From positions 1 to 13,555 of the forward strand of contig JAWOFX010000143.1 of the NCBI GenBank assembly GCA_046497275.1: a DNA stretch of 13,555 nucleotides, read 5' to 3'. The notes beneath the pieces were generated by a model that was not told the DNA's origin, made no database searches, and was given only the letters and a program-made list of their open reading frames with translations. Both the position numbers and the translations under genes were made by a program. Positions 8,051 through 13,555 of the stretch are shown piece after piece. Within the stretch, counting starts at the first letter, position 1. Every line of letters begins with the position of its first letter. This stretch comes from Promethearchaeia archaeon (lineage in GTDB: Archaea; Asgardarchaeota; Lokiarchaeia; Sigyniarchaeales; SOKP01).

Positions 8051-8602
8051 ATGGAATGGTTTAGTGCGGATTATCATTTATCCCATAAAAATATCATTAG
8101 ATATGTTGATAGACCCTTTGATGATGTGGATTTAATGGATGAAGTTATAATAAGTAATTTAGAATTAAGCGTGGATAAAGGCGATATTTTATATTACTTA
8201 GGTGATTTAACTTTCAAAAAGGAAACTGCTTTAAGATTTTTTGATCGTTTTCAAGATCTTAAAATTCATTATATAATTGGAAATCATGATAAAGAACAAA
8301 TCATCGAAATTGCGAGCAGATTTTGTGAGAGTGTTTCACATCTAAAAGATATATTATTATATGATCAAAATATAACGCTTTGCCATTATGCGATGAGAGT
8401 TTGGAATAAAAGCCATCTTAATTCTTGGCAGCTTTATGGACATTCTCATGGTTCTCTTAAACCATTAGGAAAACAATATGATGTTGGTGTAGATAATAAC
8501 GATTTCAAGCCTATATCTTTTAGCGAGATTCAAGAAATAATGGAAAAAGCACCCAATAATTTAAATTATATCCCTCCAGAAAAAAGAAAATCCAAACGAT
8601 AG
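8051..8602 (+). CDS. Small calcineurin-like phosphoesterase (COG4186/AQ1575-like family)
   Basis: WFSADYHLSHKNII...RPF, YYLGDL, IIGNHD, LCHYAM, LYGHSH, DVGVD motifs. Confidence 0.9.
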   Translation: MEWFSADYHLSHKNIIRYVDRPFDDVDLMDEVIISNLELSVDKGDILYYLGDLTFKKETALRFFDRFQDLKIHYIIGNHDKEQIIEIASRFCESVSHLKDILLYDQNITLCHYAMRVWNKSHLNSWQLYGHSHGSLKPLGKQYDVGVDNNDFKPISFSEIQEIMEKAPNNLNYIPPEKRKSKR

Positions 8603-8732
8603 CTATTTTGGAAAACATGACCTTAAATGAGTCATCGCTGAAAATTTTTTATGTTATTATATGTTTATTTTCTTAAAGATTAATTTTTATATTGGACCCG
8701 TGGCCCAGACTGGACAAGGCAGCGCCCTCCTA

Positions 8733-8749
8733 AGGCTAAGGCCTGAGAT
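8733..8749 (+). other. tRNA intron 1, canonical 37/38 position, 17 nt (AGGCTAAGGCCTGAGAT)
   Basis: BHB-like: bulges T36-A37-A and A-T-A38; central helix CTCC/TGAG with one C-T mismatch; outer helix GGC/GCC closing a TAAG loop. Confidence 0.9.
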
Positions 8750-8771
8750 AGGCGAAGATCGGGAGTTCAAA

Positions 8772-8805
8772 GCAGGATTCGGCTCATTTCGAGTGTCTGT
8801 GAGAA
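8772..8805 (+). other. tRNA intron 2, non-canonical T-loop position 59/60, 34 nt
   Basis: Full BHB: central helix TTCA(54-57)/TGAG(8800-8803); bulges A58-A59-G and A-A-T60; outer helix CAGG/TCTG; internal hairpin GCTC-ATTTC-GAGT. Confidence 0.9.
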
Positions 8806-8862
8806 TCTCCCCGGGTCCGCTTTACTATTATAATTAATAGGGTTATCGTCAATTGATTTTAC

Positions 8863-9306
8863 TCATGGCAAAAAGTGTTTTAAAAATTTCATAACATCTC
8901 TTAATTCATTTTTTTTCAAATCCATTATAAAACGAGTCGCATTCACACTAGCCAAGAGAGCATTATCAGATTCACGAAAAAGATTATGATGAAAAGTAAT
9001 AGAATTTTTTCCTATTTTTTCTATATTTGTCCTAATTATAATATAGGCTCCAAATTTTGCCGAGTTTTCATAAGTTATATTTACATGTTTTACGCCAAGA
9101 GCAATATCCTCATAGATTAATTCTTCTACTCTCTTTGATGCACCTAAGGAATTCATAAAACTAACGAATCCGTCATCAAAATACATAAAGTAGTTCATAA
9201 AATGCACTACTCCCATAGCATCTGTGTCATTAAATCTCACTTTTATTTTAGTGACATCTTGATGGTTTAGGAGTTTAGTCTTAATATCATCTTCGCTATT
9301 CTTCAT
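8863..9306 (-). CDS. Hot-dog fold acyl-CoA thioesterase (4HBT/YbgC/FadM family)
   Basis: KVRFNDTDAMGVVHFMNYFMYFD signature and typical length of 147 aa. Confidence 0.9.
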   Translation of the reverse strand: MKNSEDDIKTKLLNHQDVTKIKVRFNDTDAMGVVHFMNYFMYFDDGFVSFMNSLGASKRVEELIYEDIALGVKHVNITYENSAKFGAYIIIRTNIEKIGKNSITFHHNLFRESDNALLASVNATRFIMDLKKNELRDVMKFLKHFLP

Positions 9307-9660
9307 CCTAATTAAATTTTAGTTCTTAAGCTTAATAAATTATTTGAATTCGAGGAATTTCATATATATACTTAAAATAAAACTTTTTTGAATTTTTTGA
9401 GATAATTTTAGTATCTACTAATCTATAACACTTTAGTAAATAATTTTAAATATAACTTCATCTGATTCTATATTTAAATATAAGTTATGTTTTAATATTC
9501 AATTAATTAATATTGAAAAAAATAAAAATAAATCACTTAGACTATCAAAATTAATTAACAAAAAGCGACTCAGATAAGTCCTTATTATTTTCCTTTCCCT
9601 ATTTATATCTAACCATCTTTTTTTCCAATATTAACCAAAAAATACAAATAGGCTTAAAAT

Positions 9661-12600
9661 ATGGAACTTAAAAATACTGACTTTAAAAGTTTAACTGAAA
9701 ATAAAAGGTTAACATTTTTAGTGGGAGCTGGCTGTTCTATAGATGCTCCATCTTGTCTTCCTGCAGGAAGAGAAATGATGGATGCTCTTGTGAAATATTC
9801 CTGTGCTGAATCTGAAATTGAAACTCTTCTTTCTCTGGATCAACTTCGATTTGAGCAATTAGTGGAAATTATAAGGGATATATTAGATCCTTCTCTTAAA
9901 ATCATAGATTATTATAGTGAATGTGATGAGCCGAATCTTCAGCATTTTTATTTGGCACAAATGCTCCAAAAAGGACATTTCTTGATGACTACAAATTTTG
10001 ATTTTCTTTTGGAATATGCTTTGAAGCAATCAGGAATCCCAATAGAGGAGATTATTCCAGTAATCACTAAGAATGATTTCGAGAAATATTCTAATCCCTC
10101 GGTATTATTGAAGGAAAAGAAGAAACTTATATATAAAATTCATGGATCGACTAGAAATGTGATCATAAATGAAGATACAAGAGATTCCTTAATTGCAACT
10201 ATTCAAGCTTTTGGTTCTGGCAAAGAAGGAGAAAGTGTTTTTCAATTAGAGCCTTATAAACGTGAATTTTTTGAAAATATATCAAAAAACCGATCAATTG
10301 TAGTGATGGGATACTCCGGTAGTGACGATTTTGATGTGGTTCCCACATTAAAACTCTTAGAGAATGTTCTGGATATAATTTGGATAAAATATAAAGCAGA
10401 TGATAAAGGTAAAGAAGATATCTACCAAATATATGATTCAGATATAAATAATATCAATGATGTAGATAAGATCGATCAGATATTAAAAGATTTCTATAAA
10501 ATAGGCAATGTTAAAAATATATATAGTGTAGAGGTTAATACTACCAGACTAGTAAATAAATTACTAGAAAAAGAAATCATACAAGGCAATGAAGGGAAGG
10601 CTATAGATCCTTTGAAGTGGCTTAAAGAAAATCTCAGAAAACCTAATGAATTTGAAAAATATCTAATTCCTTCTAAAATTTATGACAAATTCCATATGTA
10701 TAAGAATGATATGAGATGCGAAAGAAAAATATTAGAATTGGCCAATAATAAACAAAATTCACAATATAAATCTGTAGCTTATCAAAATTTAGGACAAATT
10801 GAATTCAATAGAGGAGATCTAATAGAATCCTTAAAATATTTTGAGAAGGCATTAGAAATCAATGATGAGTTGGGAAATCTCTTAGGCAAATCTCTAGCTA
10901 ATAATTATATTGGACAAATTCATTATAAGAATGGAAATCTTTCCATGGCAATGAAATATTATAAAAAAGCGCTAAAAATTCATGAACATCTTGATAATCC
11001 TGAGATTAAATCTAAGATCATCAATAATATTGGCATTATCTATCTTTTACAAGAGAATTATCAAGAAGCTTTGGGATGGTTTAAAAAACTACTTATTCAA
11101 ACGGAAAAATCAGGAGATTTAATTGGTAAAGCAGTCTCTCTTGATCATATTGGGCAAATTTATGAATCTCAAGGTAATTATTCTAAGGCATTAGAAATTT
11201 ATGAGGAAGGTTTAACTATCGTTGATAAATTAAATGATTTATATTTGAAGGCTAGTTTTCTAGAAACAATCAGTGTTTTGTTCCATAACCAAAACCAATA
11301 TAATAAAGCATTATTAAATCTAGAGAAGGCAGTTGTACTCTATGAAAAATTAAATCTCGAATATGAAAGAGCACATTGTCTCAGCAATATTGGAAACATT
11401 TATGAAATCAATGGAAATTATCAACAAGCAGTGAAGTATTATGAAGAGTGTCTTGTAGCGCATGAAAAAATAAATAAGCCTTCAGAAAGAGCTATAATTA
11501 ATAATAATTTAGGGACATTGCAATTCAATCTTGGAAATTACTCAGAAGCTTTAAAACAATATGAATTAGCTATCAAGATTTTTGATGACTTAGATAATCT
11601 TTCAGAAAAATTAGATATTCTTAATAATTCAGCAGTTTTATTATACAATCAAGGTAATCTAGATAAAGCAATAGAAAAGTGCGAGGAAATGTTATTGATC
11701 GCAGAAAGGCTTGGTAATCTGTCAAAAAAGGCTGAAGTTCTTAATCATATAGGTTTAATATATTTTAATCAAAATAAATACACTGAGGCATTAAAACATT
11801 ATGAAGAAGCAATAAGACTATATGATCAATTAAAAGATTTACCAAACAAAGCCAAAGTCCTTGATCATACAAGTCAGATCTATTTCAACCAAGGAGATCT
11901 CTCAAAGACTTTAGAGATTTGTGATAAATTAGTGAAAATTTATGATAATTTGGATAATCCTAAAAAAAAAGCAATATCAATATATAAGATGGGACAAGTA
12001 TATGAAGTGCTTAAAGATTACCCAAATGCTCTAAAAAAATTTAATGAGATGATACCAATCATTGATCAATTGGGTGATTTATTGAGTAAAACGGATATAT
12101 TTTTAAAAATAGCCCAAATTCAGTTTCATATAAATGAAAACCTTCCTGAGACAATTAATAAATGTGAAAATGGAATCGAACTTGCCGAAAAACTAGGAGA
12201 TATTCAAAAAAAGGTTCAGTTTCTTGATTTGTTAGGAAAATTACATTTACAACAGAACAATTATTTTGATGCTTTAAAGATCTATGATAATGTAATTCAT
12301 ATTCATGAAAAACAAGGTAATAAATTAGAAAAAGGAATAGCCCACAACTTCTTGGGACAGATCTATTTTAAAATTGTTTTATCCTATGCAAAAGGCATCC
12401 CACTTAGGGAGGAATATTATAATAAATCTTTAAAGAATTATAAGGAAGCCCTCAGAATTTGTCAAGAGTTAGGAAATAAAACCGAAATGATTAATATACT
12501 CTATAATATCGGTACACTCTATGAAGTTGAAGACAAACTTTCTGATGCTTTAAATCTTTATGAAAAAGCTGTTGAATTCGCTCAAGAAACCAAGAATGAA

Positions 12601-12771
12601 GCAAAAGAAGCGATAGGAATGTGGTGGATTGGTTCCATATATTCGAAATTACATCAGAAAGAAAAAGCAATTGAATATCTCAATAAAGCTGCAGAAAAAT
12701 ATGACCAATTATACTTATTTGATCAACTTAAAAAGATCCAAGAACAGATAAAAAATATAAAAAACCATTAA
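9661..12771 (+). CDS. SIR2-like (SIR2_2-type) NAD-consuming domain fused to a long TPR array, 1036 aa
   Basis: FLVGAGCS (G22), TTNFD (N112), YKIHGS (H161), VVMGYSGSDDFD (G217); TPR array from aa 371 to near the C-terminus; no P-loop seen. Confidence 0.9.
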   Translation: MELKNTDFKSLTENKRLTFLVGAGCSIDAPSCLPAGREMMDALVKYSCAESEIETLLSLDQLRFEQLVEIIRDILDPSLKIIDYYSECDEPNLQHFYLAQMLQKGHFLMTTNFDFLLEYALKQSGIPIEEIIPVITKNDFEKYSNPSVLLKEKKKLIYKIHGSTRNVIINEDTRDSLIATIQAFGSGKEGESVFQLEPYKREFFENISKNRSIVVMGYSGSDDFDVVPTLKLLENVLDIIWIKYKADDKGKEDIYQIYDSDINNINDVDKIDQILKDFYKIGNVKNIYSVEVNTTRLVNKLLEKEIIQGNEGKAIDPLKWLKENLRKPNEFEKYLIPSKIYDKFHMYKNDMRCERKILELANNKQNSQYKSVAYQNLGQIEFNRGDLIESLKYFEKALEINDELGNLLGKSLANNYIGQIHYKNGNLSMAMKYYKKALKIHEHLDNPEIKSKIINNIGIIYLLQENYQEALGWFKKLLIQTEKSGDLIGKAVSLDHIGQIYESQGNYSKALEIYEEGLTIVDKLNDLYLKASFLETISVLFHNQNQYNKALLNLEKAVVLYEKLNLEYERAHCLSNIGNIYEINGNYQQAVKYYEECLVAHEKINKPSERAIINNNLGTLQFNLGNYSEALKQYELAIKIFDDLDNLSEKLDILNNSAVLLYNQGNLDKAIEKCEEMLLIAERLGNLSKKAEVLNHIGLIYFNQNKYTEALKHYEEAIRLYDQLKDLPNKAKVLDHTSQIYFNQGDLSKTLEICDKLVKIYDNLDNPKKKAISIYKMGQVYEVLKDYPNALKKFNEMIPIIDQLGDLLSKTDIFLKIAQIQFHINENLPETINKCENGIELAEKLGDIQKKVQFLDLLGKLHLQQNNYFDALKIYDNVIHIHEKQGNKLEKGIAHNFLGQIYFKIVLSYAKGIPLREEYYNKSLKNYKEALRICQELGNKTEMINILYNIGTLYEVEDKLSDALNLYEKAVEFAQETKNEAKEAIGMWWIGSIYSKLHQKEKAIEYLNKAAEKYDQLYLFDQLKKIQEQIKNIKNH
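10771..12729 (+). repeat. 16 tandem TPR-like repeats of 40-aa periodicity (protein-level repeat, nucleotide-divergent)
   Basis: Manual parse: 14 units of 40 aa, one of 41 aa (unit 12) and one of 52 aa (unit 14) = 653 aa. Consensus A..L..IG.IY...GNY..AL..YE.AL.I.E.L.....K. A degenerate 17th unit may precede the array. Confidence 0.9.
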
Positions 12772-12885
12772 AATAAAATTATTGATCTATTATCTAAAAA
12801 TTTTAGGTTTGTCAGATATTATAGGTAAGGATAACTTGATATTAGTCAGATTTAGTAGCATAATTACTTTTTAAATTTATTTTTT

Positions 12886-13344
12886 TTAAAAAAGAAGATC
12901 CTTAAATCGTTCTTTTACAGATAATTTTAAGTTTTTAATTAATTTATCCACACGTGGTTTAAATTCTTCAAAATATTTTGCATCTTTAGTAAAAATATCA
13001 TAAACCGCAAATCTATTGGTGAATTGATTCAATACTTCTTTTAAGAGAGGTTTTATATTCTTTTCCTCTTTATCATCGTCAATAATACAATAACTAATAA
13101 GTGCTTTCTTTTCCTTAGGTTCTGTAAAAGTCTCCATTATAATACTATAAATAACCATCTGGTAATCCTCCATTTTCACCATATTTAAATCGCCACCGAA
13201 AAGATCTTTGGAAAACTCGTCCAATGTAGAAATAAACCCAGCTCTCAAATCAGCATTTATACTATGATCATTTTCTTGAGAATAATATTTAATTAGGAGG
13301 AGATTCTTTTGTCCCAAATTGATACCGAATTCTAAAATTGTCAT
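12886..13344 (-). CDS. Stand-alone longin-domain protein (Asgard-type)
   Basis: Beta-hairpin start (ILEFGINLG..LLLIKYY), helix DLRAGFISTLDEFSKDL, strands LNMVKMEDYQMVIY and LISYCIID, then helices ending YFEEFKPRVDKLI. This is the pattern of small longin-fold proteins, recognised by eye. Confidence 0.7.
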   Translation of the reverse strand: MTILEFGINLGQKNLLLIKYYSQENDHSINADLRAGFISTLDEFSKDLFGGDLNMVKMEDYQMVIYSIIMETFTEPKEKKALISYCIIDDDKEEKNIKPLLKEVLNQFTNRFAVYDIFTKDAKYFEEFKPRVDKLIKNLKLSVKERFKDLLF

Positions 13345-13555
13345 TATTTGAAATTTAGAAAAGTGACTGAATATTTTATTTTTTAAAGGAAATACTATTT
13401 TTTAAAATTTAGTTTATAATTTCTTAATATTTTGCTGCAATTTGAAATAAAAAGCAATTAAATTTAATTTTTAAACTTATCATGAGTTTTTCCTTTGAAA
13501 TTAATATATAGATTATAAAGGATTTAGATTTTCATTTAAAAGAAGAAAATTTATT

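Larger units (their letters stand above)
8694..8819 (+). tRNA. tRNA-Arg: tRNA-Arg(CCT) with two introns; CCA not encoded
   Basis: Acceptor stem GGACCCG(8694-8700)/CGGGTCC(8812-8818) pairs 7/7; D-loop has G18G19 and A20 (the ArgRS identity element); anticodon CCT at 8729-8731; T-stem GGGAG/CTCCC. Removing 8733-8749 and 8772-8805 gives a 75-nt cloverleaf with loops CTCCTAA and TTCAAAT. Discriminator G8819 is followed by CTT. Confidence 0.95.

Noticed and set aside
8703-8755. C13-A22 and G27-A43 mismatches as signs of a tRNA pseudogene or RNA editing
   Set aside because: Terminal stem mismatches at these positions are tolerated in many tRNAs and all core identity and tertiary positions are intact. 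There is no evidence for editing without RNA reads.
8825-8840. CTATTA-TAAT-TAATAG hairpin between the convergent tRNA and thioesterase as a terminator
   Set aside because: The stem is almost all A-T and too weak. Archaeal termination relies mainly on U-tracts, and this cannot be told apart from background.
9307-9660. Hidden ncRNA, CRISPR array or small ORF in the AT-rich spacers (also 367-674, 12772-12885, 13345-13555)
   Set aside because: Only short A/T palindromes, a 7-bp GTCAGAT duplicate (12811 and 12845) and ORFs of a few codons were seen. There is no GC-rich stem or regularly spaced repeat, which fits ordinary promoter/terminator DNA.
9661-12771. Classical sirtuin deacylase (CobB/Sir2), Avs/STAND NTPase, or alpha-SNAP/kinesin light chain orthologue
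   Set aside because: No Zn-binding Cys pairs or QNID-type motif, no Walker A/B, and the TPR similarity is generic.
8694-13555. Integrated element (provirus or island) anchored at tRNA-Arg
   Set aside because: No integrase, no repeat of the tRNA 3' end and no obvious compositional shift in the window. The AATCTCCC match near 5314-5321 is 8 bp inside a CDS and attributable to chance.

Overview
Very AT-rich archaeal window that looks like Asgard (Lokiarchaeia/Promethearchaeota-like) DNA. This assignment is inferred from a BHB-intron tRNA, an archaeal Sm protein, a stand-alone longin-type protein and long 40-aa TPR arrays. In order it holds: a 5' gene fragment missed by the ORF track (1-366, minus strand, Whirly-like by eye); iorA and iorB split by an opposite-strand ICMT/PEMT-family methyltransferase; a 680-aa calcineurin-like phosphoesterase; and an Sm/Lsm gene. 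Divergent from Sm is a co-directional run of Zn-finger microprotein, Pol-beta-type nucleotidyltransferase, COG4186-type phosphoesterase and tRNA-Arg(CCT) carrying two BHB introns (37/38 and 59/60). The window ends with a hot-dog thioesterase, a 1036-aa SIR2-like NADase + 16-TPR protein and a longin-domain protein. The strongest leads are the DSR-like SIR2-TPR protein, the twin-intron tRNA with its neighbouring RNA/nucleotide-handling genes, and the possible Whirly-fold protein. All family assignments were made by eye from motifs; no searches were run.
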